DNA from: an uncultured Chloroflexia bacterium
GTDB taxonomy: Bacteria; Chloroflexota; Dehalococcoidia; DSTF01; JALHUB01
Direction of reading: 5' to 3'
Length of the DNA: 64,000 bases
NCBI GenBank assembly: GCA_963726245.1
Contig: CAVSBT010000038.1
Span: 32,001-96,000, forward strand
Shown: positions 1-9,168 of the stretch, piece after piece
Layout: each line of letters opens with the position of its first letter
Numbering within the stretch: the stretch's first letter is position 1
Program-made: the position numbers and the translations under genes
Notes under the pieces: generated by a model
What the model was told of the DNA's origin: nothing
Database searches by the model: none
The model's input: the letters and a program-made list of their open reading frames with translations, nothing else

Positions 1-868
1 CCGGCGCTGGAGGCCTCGGGGCTGCGCATGGGCGTGGACTTCCGCCTCGCCTACAGCCCGGAGCGCGTGTCGGTGGGGCGCATCTTCGCCGACCTAAAGC
101 GTTACCCGAAGATCGTGGGCGGCATCGACGAGGCAAGCCGGGACGCCGCCGTCGCCTTCTACCGCCGGGCGCTGGATGCCAGCGTGATGACCGTGCGAGA
201 CACGGAGACGGCCGAGTTCGTCAAGCTGGCGGAGACCACCTATCGCGACGTGAACATCGCCCTGGCCAGCGAGCTGGCCGTCTACGCCGACCAGCGCGGC
301 CTTGACGCCGTCGAGGCCTTCGCCGCCGCCAACACCCAGCCCTACTCGCACCTGCACCAGCCCGGCGTCGGCGTCGGCGGCCACTGCATCCCCGTCAACC
401 CGCACCTGCTGATGGGCGGGGCTTCCTCCCTGGGCCTGCCGGCGATGGCCCGCCGGGTGAACGACGGCATGGCGGCCTACGGCGTCGGCAAGCTGGAGGA
501 GGCGCTGGGGGGCCTGCGAGGGCGCACCGTGCTCATCCTCGGGCCTGGCCTACCGGCCCAACGTGAAGGAGGCCGCCGGCTCCAGCGCCTTCGCCCTGGC
601 CCGCGAGCTGGAGGCGCGCGGCGCTCGGGCGCTGGTGCACGACCCGCTCTTCAGCGCCGGTGAGGTGGAGGCGGCGGGCCTGCGACCGGCGTACCCCTTC
701 CCGCCGCGTCGGGTGGACGCCGTGGTGATCCAGGCCCTGCACGACCAGTACCGTGACCTGGACCTGGGCGGCTTCGCGGGCTGCCGCGCGGTGCTGGACG
801 GACGCAACGTCCTTTCGCGGGCCGAGGTGGAGGCGAAGGGGATGCTCTACCTGGGGATCGGCAGGTAG
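1..868 (+). CDS. Nucleotide-sugar dehydrogenase (UDP-glucose/GDP-mannose/UDP-ManNAc dehydrogenase family), 5'-truncated, frameshift near 545
   Basis: Motifs YSPER, AEFVKLAETTYRDVNIALASE and PGVGVGGHCIP in ORF 28..663. The C-terminal domain (HDP...DGRN) continues in ORF 563..868. Confidence 0.9.
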
Positions 869-932
869 GCGCAGGCGGACCGCGAGCGCCTCGAGGGCTG
901 GGTCAAGCAGAGTGCCGACAAGCCAGAGTAGG

Positions 933-1008
933 CCGCTCGTGGTTCGACCGGCTCACCACGAGCGGAATCTACGAACCGCTCACCCTGAGCCTGTCGAAGG
1001 GCGAGCGG
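933..1008. repeat. REP-like inverted pair (TTCGACAGGCTCA-type)
   Basis: ccgctcgtggttcgaccggctcaccacgagcgg followed by ccgctcaccctgagcctgtcgaagggcgagcgg, two hairpins in inverted orientation between convergent genes. A related copy lies at 58966-58994. Confidence 0.75.
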
Positions 1009-1029
1009 CGACTTTCTCAGCCGTCCGAG

Positions 1030-1068
1030 GACAAAGCAACCGCCCAGGCGGGCGGTTGTCTTGTTGTC
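1030..1068. terminator. Probable bidirectional hairpin terminator
   Basis: caaccgccc-aggc-gggcggttg stem with flanking T/A-rich arms, between convergent genes. Confidence 0.5.
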
Positions 1069-1088
1069 TGGCGGGGAACTCTACCGCT

Positions 1089-1301
1089 CTAGCGGTAGCG
1101 GGGGCTGTGCAGGGCCCCACTCGTGATGGGCTCGTCGATGTAGAGGTCGCCGTTGCGGATCTTGATGTTAAAACCGCATTCGGGATTGGTGCAGGCCCAG
1201 GCCTTGAAGTGAATCGCGGCCCCCTGGCTCCCGAAGTCTGAGAGGGGGACCAGGTCGCCTAGCTTGCACTTCTGACACTTAGGAAAGTTTCCGATCTCCA
1301 C
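1089..1301 (-). CDS. Small Zn-ribbon protein (70 aa)
   Basis: CQKC...CTNPEC cysteine pairs, GGAGG RBS, and a sigma70-like promoter upstream. Confidence 0.8.
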   Translation of the reverse strand: MEIGNFPKCQKCKLGDLVPLSDFGSQGAAIHFKAWACTNPECGFNIKIRNGDLYIDEPITSGALHSPRYR

Positions 1302-1331
1302 TAGCCACCTCCCCGTCCATCAGTCGGCAGG

Positions 1332-1360
1332 AGTATAGCAGAGGCTTCCCGTACTGACAA
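1332..1360 (-). promoter_or_regulatory. Sigma70-type promoter
   Basis: TTGTCA-N17-TATACT on the minus strand, with an extended -10 TG. Confidence 0.65.
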
Positions 1361-1417
1361 CACGACTAGTCCGCTTCTGCTGGTCGATTGTTAAGGTTTG
1401 CCTCGCCCAGTATGCGG

Positions 1418-3772
1418 CTAGTGGGGGCGAGGGATCGCCTGAGTCGAAGTCGACGGCCCGCCGTAGAGGGCCCGATAGGCGGCGAGGTTCTCTGTTACCC
1501 TCTCCACGTAGGTTCGCGTCTGATCAAAAGAGATCTCCTCGACGAAGAGGTCTTCGTCATCTGCCGCTGCCTTGAGCCAGCGGCTGGCGTTGCCGGGGCC
1601 ACCGTTGTAGGCGGCCAGGGCCGGCGCCACACGCCCGTCGAAGGCCTCTAGCTGCTTCGAGAGGTAGTGAGCGCCGAAGAGGATGCTGACGGAGGGTCGC
1701 ATGAGGTCATCCGTTGAGAAGTTGCCAGCAAGGTCAAGGTCGGCCGCGATCTCCTGGGCGGTGGAAGGGATGACCTGGGTTAGGCCCAGCGCGCCGGCCG
1801 ACGAGCCGGCCCGCGGGTCGAAGAAGCTCTCCTGTCGAATGAGCGCCGCCAGGAGCAGTGGCGAGGTGTGGGTTTGCCCGGCGGCGGATTGGAGAAGAGG
1901 GGCGTAATCAACGGGATAGGCCAGCCGCAGCAAGTCGGCGGGTGCGGCATCAACTGCTGGTTGCGACAGAGCAGCCAGCAGCCGGCTGGCCGCTCGAGCC
2001 GAAACGTGCGTGATGCCCAGAGGATAGGTGGCCTTGGTCAGGGCGTAGAGGGCGGCAGAAGTTGTCCCATAGGCCTCCAGCAGACTGTCATACTCCGCCG
2101 AGGCTTCGTCGAGGAGCTGGAGGTCCAGCAGCTCGCCGGCCCGCGCCCACCGCGGGTCGCTGAGGAAAGCCTGCGGCGAGGCGGAGGACGATGAAGGCAG
2201 CCAGGCGCCGGCCCAGGCGTCTAGGGCTGCCCAGTCGATCCCTGGGGCCTTTGTGAGATCGACTGTACCCAGGTTGCCCGAGGGCAAGGGCTGGCCCAGC
2301 AAGGCGGCGGCGCGCAGGCTGTAGTAGTCGGGCGGTTCAGCGTCCGCCAACTCCTTCAGGATGGTGGAGGCCTCGCCGGCGTGGCCGGCAGCCTTCTCCG
2401 CCTTGCCCAGCCAGAGACGCGCGCGGTCGACATCATCGGGGGCGGTGGTCAGCGAGCGGGCCTCGTCGAAGGCGGAGACAGCGTCGTCGTACTTCTTCTG
2501 CTTGTAGAGTAGCAGGCCGCTGCGGAAGAGGGCCTCTGGGGCCCAGGTCGAGTTCGGATACCGGCCGGGAAAGTCGCGGTAGGCGCTGACGGCGGAGTCA
2601 TAGCGAGCGAGGTCTTCCAGGAGGCGAGCCCTCCACCAGGCGGCGTCGTCGGCGAGGGGCCCGCTCGGGTCACGGCGGAGGGAGTCGTCATAGGAGTCGA
2701 GGGCCGCATCCTCATCGCCGCGCTCCTCGTGGACGGCGGCCAGGTAGTAGGCAGCCTCGGCGTCGTGAGGTCCCGGCGGCTCATCCTGAAGATATGACTC
2801 GAAGGCATCCTGCGCCTCCTTGTCCTTGTGGTGGCGGTAGTAGACGAGCCCTTCAAGGTAGCCGTCAACCTTCACGCCCGCCTCTTGCAGCTCGGCGAGG
2901 GCGTCGAGCGCGGCGGGTGCCGCCGGGTAGTCCTGGATGACGGCAAGGTGGTTCTCGGCCCAGTTGGCGTCTCCGCGAAGGCGGCTCAGGGCGCCGACCC
3001 GCCAGCGGGCCAGCGCTTGGTCGGCCGAGGACTGGCTTTCTGAGAAGAGGCGCTCGTACCAGACGATGGCGTCGTCCAGGGAACCGGCGTTTTCGAAAGC
3101 GCGGGCGATGTCGAGCAAGGCGCCGGCGGCGACAGTGGGCGGGAGGCCGGCGCCGAGGGCCAGCTCCGCCTCGGCGGCCGCCTCCTGGGAGCGCCCGAGG
3201 GAGGCCAGCAGCCGGGCGCTGGCGAGGTGAGCGTAGGGCGCGGCAGGGCTGCCTTCCTCGGCGAACTGCTGGTAGAGATTCAGGGCCTCCTCCTTCTGAC
3301 CGAGACTCTCCAGAGCCTCCGCCAGTAGGAAACGACCAAGGTGTCGCTCGCTGTCAGACACAGCCTGCGACAGCAACGACTCCAGTTCGCGGCGAGCCTC
3401 CAGGTCGCGGCCGTCGTCCAGGTAGGTGCGCGCCAGGGACAGTTGGGCCAAGGGGCGTTCGGACTCAGGCGAGTGCGTGATCACCTGCTGGTAGACGGCG
3501 ATAGCCTCCTCGTACTGCCCGTTGCGCTGGAGTTCGTGGCCGAGGACGGGGTCCGCGGGCACAGGAGTTGGGCTGACGGCTGCCGCCGTCGGCGATTCGA
3601 TGGCGGGTTGAGGCGTGGCGGGCGCGCTTCCGCGACAGGCCGCCAACAGGAGAGCAGCGCCGAAGGTGAGGACGGCGCATGTTGGGAGGCCGGCGCGAAG
3701 GGCGCGGTGGGACCGGGGGTTTGTGGCGGGCATCGCGATGAGTCCGTCGTCGTTGACGCGCAGTTGAACCAA
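1418..3772 (-). CDS. Lipoprotein with TPR repeats and a C-terminal soluble lytic transglycosylase (SLT) domain
   Basis: Lipobox LLLAAC, multiple TPR-like helices, and SLT motifs IRQES, GALGLTQ and AYNGG. The true start is probably downstream of 3772. Confidence 0.9.
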   Translation of the reverse strand: MVQLRVNDDGLIAMPATNPRSHRALRAGLPTCAVLTFGAALLLAACRGSAPATPQPAIESPTAAAVSPTPVPADPVLGHELQRNGQYEEAIAVYQQVITHSPESERPLAQLSLARTYLDDGRDLEARRELESLLSQAVSDSERHLGRFLLAEALESLGQKEEALNLYQQFAEEGSPAAPYAHLASARLLASLGRSQEAAAEAELALGAGLPPTVAAGALLDIARAFENAGSLDDAIVWYERLFSESQSSADQALARWRVGALSRLRGDANWAENHLAVIQDYPAAPAALDALAELQEAGVKVDGYLEGLVYYRHHKDKEAQDAFESYLQDEPPGPHDAEAAYYLAAVHEERGDEDAALDSYDDSLRRDPSGPLADDAAWWRARLLEDLARYDSAVSAYRDFPGRYPNSTWAPEALFRSGLLLYKQKKYDDAVSAFDEARSLTTAPDDVDRARLWLGKAEKAAGHAGEASTILKELADAEPPDYYSLRAAALLGQPLPSGNLGTVDLTKAPGIDWAALDAWAGAWLPSSSSASPQAFLSDPRWARAGELLDLQLLDEASAEYDSLLEAYGTTSAALYALTKATYPLGITHVSARAASRLLAALSQPAVDAAPADLLRLAYPVDYAPLLQSAAGQTHTSPLLLAALIRQESFFDPRAGSSAGALGLTQVIPSTAQEIAADLDLAGNFSTDDLMRPSVSILFGAHYLSKQLEAFDGRVAPALAAYNGGPGNASRWLKAAADDEDLFVEEISFDQTRTYVERVTENLAAYRALYGGPSTSTQAIPRPH

Positions 3773-3810
3773 TGTTACACTCTCGCGATGATCGCGGTAA
3801 AGGCGACGCT

Positions 3811-4293
3811 GTGAACCTGCTTCGGTGCACTATCCTCGATGCCCAAGGGGGCGTTAGCTTCGTAGCTCATGCGGATATCTTGCCCGCTCTCGCCAGGGCG
3901 TGCGCGGATGACCCGCGAACACTGGAGCAATTGCTGGACGCCGCAACGCCCTACTACACAGGCCTGCGGGAGCAGGTCCTGAACGGCCTGGCCATGTTCG
4001 ACGAGAGGAACGTGGCGGGTCACTACGAGTCCATCCACCAGGCGCTGGACCTCTGCGCCCCTTTCGAGCAGCCGGTGTTCCGGGTGGTGGATGAACGCAC
4101 CCGCGAGGCGAGCCTGTCGCCCGTGAAAGCGGGGGCTGTGGTCTTCAATCTCCGCGCTAAGCGCATCATCCAGATCGAGAACACCTACCAGGAGATCACG
4201 CGCCGCGGCGCCGGCCGCGTCTTCGACGGGACGGGCATGACGAGCCGGGTCTTCAGCTACCAACTTCCCAACGAGTGGACTCTGGTCCCGTAA
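3811..4293 (+). CDS. Hypothetical protein
   Basis: Protein-like ORF with host codon bias, divergent from the SLT gene. No motif recognised. Confidence 0.7.
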   Translation: MNLLRCTILDAQGGVSFVAHADILPALARACADDPRTLEQLLDAATPYYTGLREQVLNGLAMFDERNVAGHYESIHQALDLCAPFEQPVFRVVDERTREASLSPVKAGAVVFNLRAKRIIQIENTYQEITRRGAGRVFDGTGMTSRVFSYQLPNEWTLVP

Positions 4294-4418
4294 GGCCGCC
4301 CTTCGAACTCACTGGTGCTCCGCCGGCTCCAGAGCGCAACGTAGGGGTCGAGCATGCTCAACCCCTACAGGCCCAGACGAAGACCGGGACCGCCGGGCGG
4401 CGGCGCCAAGCCTCGAGC

Positions 4419-5201
4419 CTACCAGTCCTCCCCCTCTTCTTCCTCTTCGCCTTCTTCGGGGGCGGCGGCAACCGCCTCGACTACGCGGGGAAGGATGACG
4501 TCGCCGCGTTCCTCCTTGCGTCGCCGGCGCGGCGGCAATTCGTCGATAACCTTGCGGAGCGAGGCGAGGGCATCGAAGCCGGCCTTGCTGTCCGCTTCCA
4601 CCGCCACGGCGATGACGGCGGCCTCGCGCAGAACCTGTAGTTCCCCGCTGGTGACCTGGGGCGACACGGGTAGGATCAGGGGTTTGTGGGCGAGGCCCGT
4701 GATGCGCTGGAGCTCCATCTGCTGGCGGACCGTCAGGGGTCCCTTCCAGTGCCGGAGGAGGATGGCGTCCAGGGGCAGGGCCTCCAGGGTGCGAAGGTAG
4801 ATGTCAGGCAGGTCGCTCTCCAGGGAGAGGACGAGGCCCAGGTTCGACTCAAGGAGCGTCGTGGCCAGGGCCGTGTCCGCCTCAAAGGCGGCGTAGTCAA
4901 TGCCCAGCTCAGCCAGGTGCGCGGCGGTCTCGCCGTCCAACCGGCGCAGATAGAGGCCACCGCACGCGTCACCGAGAGCCTCGACTACCCCCTTCACCTC
5001 CCGGTCCTTGACCTCGGAAGCAGTGAGAAGACAGGTGTCGGCGCCGCGGGCGACGGCCTCCTTAGCGGCCTCGGGCGCGAGGGAGGGCAGGAAAGCAGCC
5101 AGCAGGAGGGTGGGGTTGGAGACCCGGGCGGCGGCGCCGAATCCCATAGGTGGTGAGTCGAAGCGCATGGCCCTGCGTATACGTTCAGCCAGTTTGCTCA
5201 T
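4419..5201 (-). CDS. Hypothetical protein, possible HpcH/HpaI-like barrel, acidic C-tail
   Basis: Alternating alpha/beta pattern, GGAG RBS, EEGEEEEEGEDW tail. The fold call is tentative. Confidence 0.65.
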   Translation of the reverse strand: MSKLAERIRRAMRFDSPPMGFGAAARVSNPTLLLAAFLPSLAPEAAKEAVARGADTCLLTASEVKDREVKGVVEALGDACGGLYLRRLDGETAAHLAELGIDYAAFEADTALATTLLESNLGLVLSLESDLPDIYLRTLEALPLDAILLRHWKGPLTVRQQMELQRITGLAHKPLILPVSPQVTSGELQVLREAAVIAVAVEADSKAGFDALASLRKVIDELPPRRRRKEERGDVILPRVVEAVAAAPEEGEEEEEGEDW

Positions 5202-5404
5202 GAAGAGGAGTCCTCCAAGGGGTGAGAATGGGGTCGCTCTCGATGATAGGTTGGCCCGATGGCGCTGTCAATTCGAAGGGGCGCCGGGTGCTGATCGCTC
5301 GAGGCGCAAAGCCGGCCCGGCGGACCTGGCCCTGGTTGCAGGGCCTCCCTGGGTTCGGTAACATAATACTTCCGAAATCGTGCTTGCCGGGGGAGTGCGG
5401 CGCA

Positions 5405-7329
5405 GTGGAGATAGAGGCGATCCTGCGACAGGTGAGCAAGCCCGCCCGGTACACGGGCGGCGAGTGGAACGCCGTCGTCAAGGACTGGGACGCCCAGGCG
5501 GTCCGCATGGCCCTGGCCTATCCCGACGTCTACGACATCGGCATGTCCAACCTGGGGCTCGCCATCCTCTACGACATCCTCAATCGCCAGCCCGACGTGG
5601 TGGCGGAGCGCGTCTACGCCCCCTGGCTCGACATGGAGGCGCAGATGCGGGCGGCCGGCATCCCGCTCTTCAGCCTGGAGACCCGCCACCCCCTGGCCCA
5701 GTTCGACGTCATCGGCTTCTCGCTGAGCTACGAGCTCACCTACACCAACGTCCTCAACATGCTGGACCTGGCCGGCCTCCCGGTCCTGGCCGGCGAACGC
5801 GACGAAAGCTCTCCCCTGGTGGTCGCCGGCGGCAGCGGCGCCCTCAATCCCGAGCCCCTGGCCGACTTCATCGACGTCTTCGCGCTGGGCGACGGCGAGG
5901 AGCTGGCGCTGGAACTGGTGGAGGCGCTCCTAGAGTGGAAGCGCCAGGGCGGAGGCCCGCGCAAGGAGCTGCTGCGGCGACTGGCCGGAATACCTGGCCT
6001 CTACGTGCCCGAGCTTCTATGAGGTCGCCTACAACGACGACGGCACGATTCAGGAGATCCGGCCCAGCGAACCCGACGCGCCGGCCCGGCCGCGCAAGCG
6101 CTTCCTCGCAATCGCTGCCGCCGGCCCCAACGCGGCCCATCGTCCCCTTTCTCCAGATCGTCCACGACCGCGCCGCCATCGAGATACAGCGCGGCTGCAC
6201 CCAGGGCTGCCGCTTCTGCCAGGCGGGCATGATCTACCGTCCGCGGCTGGAGCGCACGCCGGAGGAAGTGGTGGAGACGGCCCGCGAGCTGCTGGCCAGC
6301 ACCGGCTACGACGAGCTGTCCCTGGTCTCGCTGAGCAGCACCGACCACCCGCGCATCCTGCCCATGGTGCAGGCCCTGCGCCGCGAGTTCGGCGACCGCC
6401 TGAAGCTCTCCCTGCCCAGCCTGCGGGTCGACAGCTTCTCGGTGGAGGTCGCGGACGGCGTGTCGGGGCGCGGCAAGCACTCCATCACCTTCGCGCCCGA
6501 GGCCGGCAGCCAGCGACTGCGCAACGCCATCAACAAGCGGGTGACGGAGGAGGACGCGCTGCGGGCCGTCGAGGCCGCCTTCGCCCACGGCTGGACCAGC
6601 GTCAAGATGTACTTCATGTTGGGCCTGCCCACCGAGACCCTGGAGGACGTGCAGGGCATCGTGGAGCTGGCGCGGCAGGTGAAAGAGAGGGGCCGTCGCT
6701 ACCACGGCGGCAGAGCGCGGGTGCGGGTGAGCACCTCGAACTTCATTCCCAAGGCCCACACGCCCTTCCAGTGGGCGTGCCAGATGGCGGCGGAGGAGCT
6801 GCGACCCCGCCACGAGCTGCTGCGGAGCCAGCTCAAGCGCTTCGGCGTCGCCTTCTCGTGGGAGGAGCCGGAGCAGAGCGCGCTGGAGGCGATCCTCTCC
6901 GGCGGCGACCGTCGCCTCGGGCGGGCGATCCACCGCGCCTGGCAACTGGGCGCCAGGTTCGACGCCTGGAGCGAAGGCTATGACTGGTCGCGCTGGCAGC
7001 AGGCGCTGGAGGAGTCAGGCCTGAGCCCTGCCTTCTACGCCTACCGGGAGAGAGGCCTCTTCGAGGTGCTCCCCTGGTCCCACATCGACGTGGGCGTGAC
7101 GGACGCCTACCTGCGCGGCGAGTGGCTGAAGGCGCAGCGCGGGGAGACCACGAGCGACTGCGCCCCTGGGAAGGGGACCTGCAACGTCTGCGGCGTCCAG
7201 AACCTGGGAGCGGAGGCCTGCCTCGCCAGGATCGCCGAGCTCATCGAGATAAGTAGGGGCGCACGGCCGTGCGCCCCTACGTTGGCCTCCCGTGCCGTTG
7301 CCCGCGGGCCAGGCCGCGCCTTAGAATAG
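5405..7329 (+). CDS. TIGR03960-family B12-binding radical SAM protein (frameshifted around 6010-6115)
   Basis: KPARYTGGEWN and YPDVYDIGMSNLG in the N-terminal part. The EIQRGCTQGCRFCQAG CxxxCxxC motif lies in the second frame. Confidence 0.9.
7253..7280. repeat. GTAG-type REP palindrome inside the 3' end of the radical SAM gene
   Basis: Perfect 28-bp palindrome GTAGGGGCGCACGGCCGTGCGCCCCTAC. Confidence 0.85.
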
Positions 7330-7398
7330 ATCATAGCTAAGGAATCCAGCGAAGGAGCGGGCGCCCGTACGGGCGCTTCGAGCACTTGAGGGGGAGAG

Positions 7399-8160
7399 AT
7401 GGAAAGAACGTCAAGCCTGGAGGGTCTCGCCGTGCCTGACACGAGCACCGAGGCGACCGAGGAACAAGAGCATGAGGTGAAGCGCGCCCTGGTCATCGCC
7501 GCGCACCCGGACGACGCCGAGTTCGGCTGCGGCGGCACCGCCGCCCTCTGGTCGCGCATCGGGTGGGAGTTCTACTACCTGGTCTGCACCAACGGCAGCA
7601 AGGGCAGCGCTGACCCGGCGATGACGCCGGAGCGCCTGACGGTCCTGCGCCGCGAAGAGCAGCGGGCGGCGGCCCGCAGGCTGGGCGTGAAGGACGTCTT
7701 CTTCCTCGACTACGTGGACGGCGAGCTGACGTACACGCGGAAGCTGCTGGGCGACGTCGTGCGCCACATCCGTCTCGTCCGACCCCACGCCGTCTTCACC
7801 AGCGACCCCGAGTCGATCATCGTCCGCGACAGCTTCATAAACCATTCCGACCACCGCTGCGCCGGGCTGGTGGCCATCGACGCCGTCTATCCCGCCGCCC
7901 GCGACCGCTGGAACTTCCCGGAGCACCTGGAGGAAGGCCTGGAGCCCCACAACGTCAAAGAGATCTACATCTGGAGCATGGACCAGGGCAACTTCAGTGT
8001 TGACATAACTGAGATTGTCGATCTGAAGATCCAGGCGCTTCTGGAGCACAAGAGCCAGTTCGGCGAGGGCACCGAGTTCCTCCAGTTCGTCAAGGAGCGC
8101 TGGCGGGACGAGTCCGGCCGCTACCTGGAGCGCTTCCGCCGCGTCGTGATGTTCCGGTAG
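7399..8160 (+). CDS. PIG-L/LmbE family deacetylase
   Basis: AHPDDAE and HSDH metal-binding motifs. Confidence 0.92.
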   Translation: MERTSSLEGLAVPDTSTEATEEQEHEVKRALVIAAHPDDAEFGCGGTAALWSRIGWEFYYLVCTNGSKGSADPAMTPERLTVLRREEQRAAARRLGVKDVFFLDYVDGELTYTRKLLGDVVRHIRLVRPHAVFTSDPESIIVRDSFINHSDHRCAGLVAIDAVYPAARDRWNFPEHLEEGLEPHNVKEIYIWSMDQGNFSVDITEIVDLKIQALLEHKSQFGEGTEFLQFVKERWRDESGRYLERFRRVVMFR

Positions 8161-8169
8161 CGGCACACT

Positions 8170-8955
8170 ATGAAGTACGTCCGCTTTCGCCACAAGGGAC
8201 GCGAGTCCTACGGCCTGCTAGAGGGCGAATGCCGTCCTCCCCTTCGCGGGGGACCTCCTCGGGAAGCGACGGCTCATGGGCGTCAGGCTGCCCCTGGCGG
8301 AGGTGAGCTGCTGGCGCCCGTCCGGCCTTCGAAGATCATCGCCGTGGCCTTGAACTACATGGACCACCTGGCCACCGGCAGCGGGTTCATCTCGGGCAAG
8401 CGGGACAGGGAGCCGCCTCGCGCTCCGGAGCTGTTCCTGAAGGCCGCCTCGGCCGTCATCGGGCCGGAGGAGGCCATTGTCATCCCCGCCGGCGCCGGAC
8501 GCGTCGACGCCGAGGGCGAGCTGGTGGCCGTCATCGGCCGCCGGGTGCGCAACGTCCCGCCCGCGGAGGCGCTGGGCTGCGTCCTGGGCTACACCTGCGG
8601 CAACGACGTCAGCGCCCGCGAGTGGCAGAAGGGCGACATCCAGTGGTGGCGCGCCAAGTCCAGCGACACCTTCGCTCCCGTCGGGCCCTGCATCGTCGAT
8701 GAGCTGGACGCATCGAACCTGAAGCTCCAGACCCGCGTCAACGGCGAGGTGAAGCAGAGCGGCAACAGCGGCCTTCTGATCCACGACGTGGCCCACCTCA
8801 TCAGCTTCGCCAGCCGGGTGATGACCCTGGAGCCCGGCGACCTCGTCTTCAGCGGCACGCCCGGCACCGCCCCCGCGATAAGCCCCGGCGACGTGGTGGA
8901 GGTGGAGATCGAGGGCATCGGCGTGCTGCGGAACCCGGTGCGAACCGAGGAGTAG
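8170..8955 (+). CDS. Fumarylacetoacetate hydrolase family protein
   Basis: LNYMDH, DAEGEL, GNDVSAR, AKSSDTF and GTPG motifs. A short out-of-character stretch near 8230-8305 suggests compensating indels. Confidence 0.92.
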   Translation: MKYVRFRHKGRESYGLLEGECRPPLRGGPPREATAHGRQAAPGGGELLAPVRPSKIIAVALNYMDHLATGSGFISGKRDREPPRAPELFLKAASAVIGPEEAIVIPAGAGRVDAEGELVAVIGRRVRNVPPAEALGCVLGYTCGNDVSAREWQKGDIQWWRAKSSDTFAPVGPCIVDELDASNLKLQTRVNGEVKQSGNSGLLIHDVAHLISFASRVMTLEPGDLVFSGTPGTAPAISPGDVVEVEIEGIGVLRNPVRTEE

Positions 8956-9168
8956 GGGGAACAGACCCTTCCCTTGGTCGCGGGCGTTAAGAAAGGGCCG
9001 CGCTGCCCCCAATTCGCAAGTAAATTGCTGGTGGGTTGAGGTGCGCTGGCCCTACACAGATAACGACGAGGCGAGGGAACCCGTTACAGCGCGGGAGCAC
9101 AACGGCCCGGCCATCTGTCGAGGGCTGGCTATCGCCACGATGCGGCGAAGAGGGGAGGCCTCGGGACC

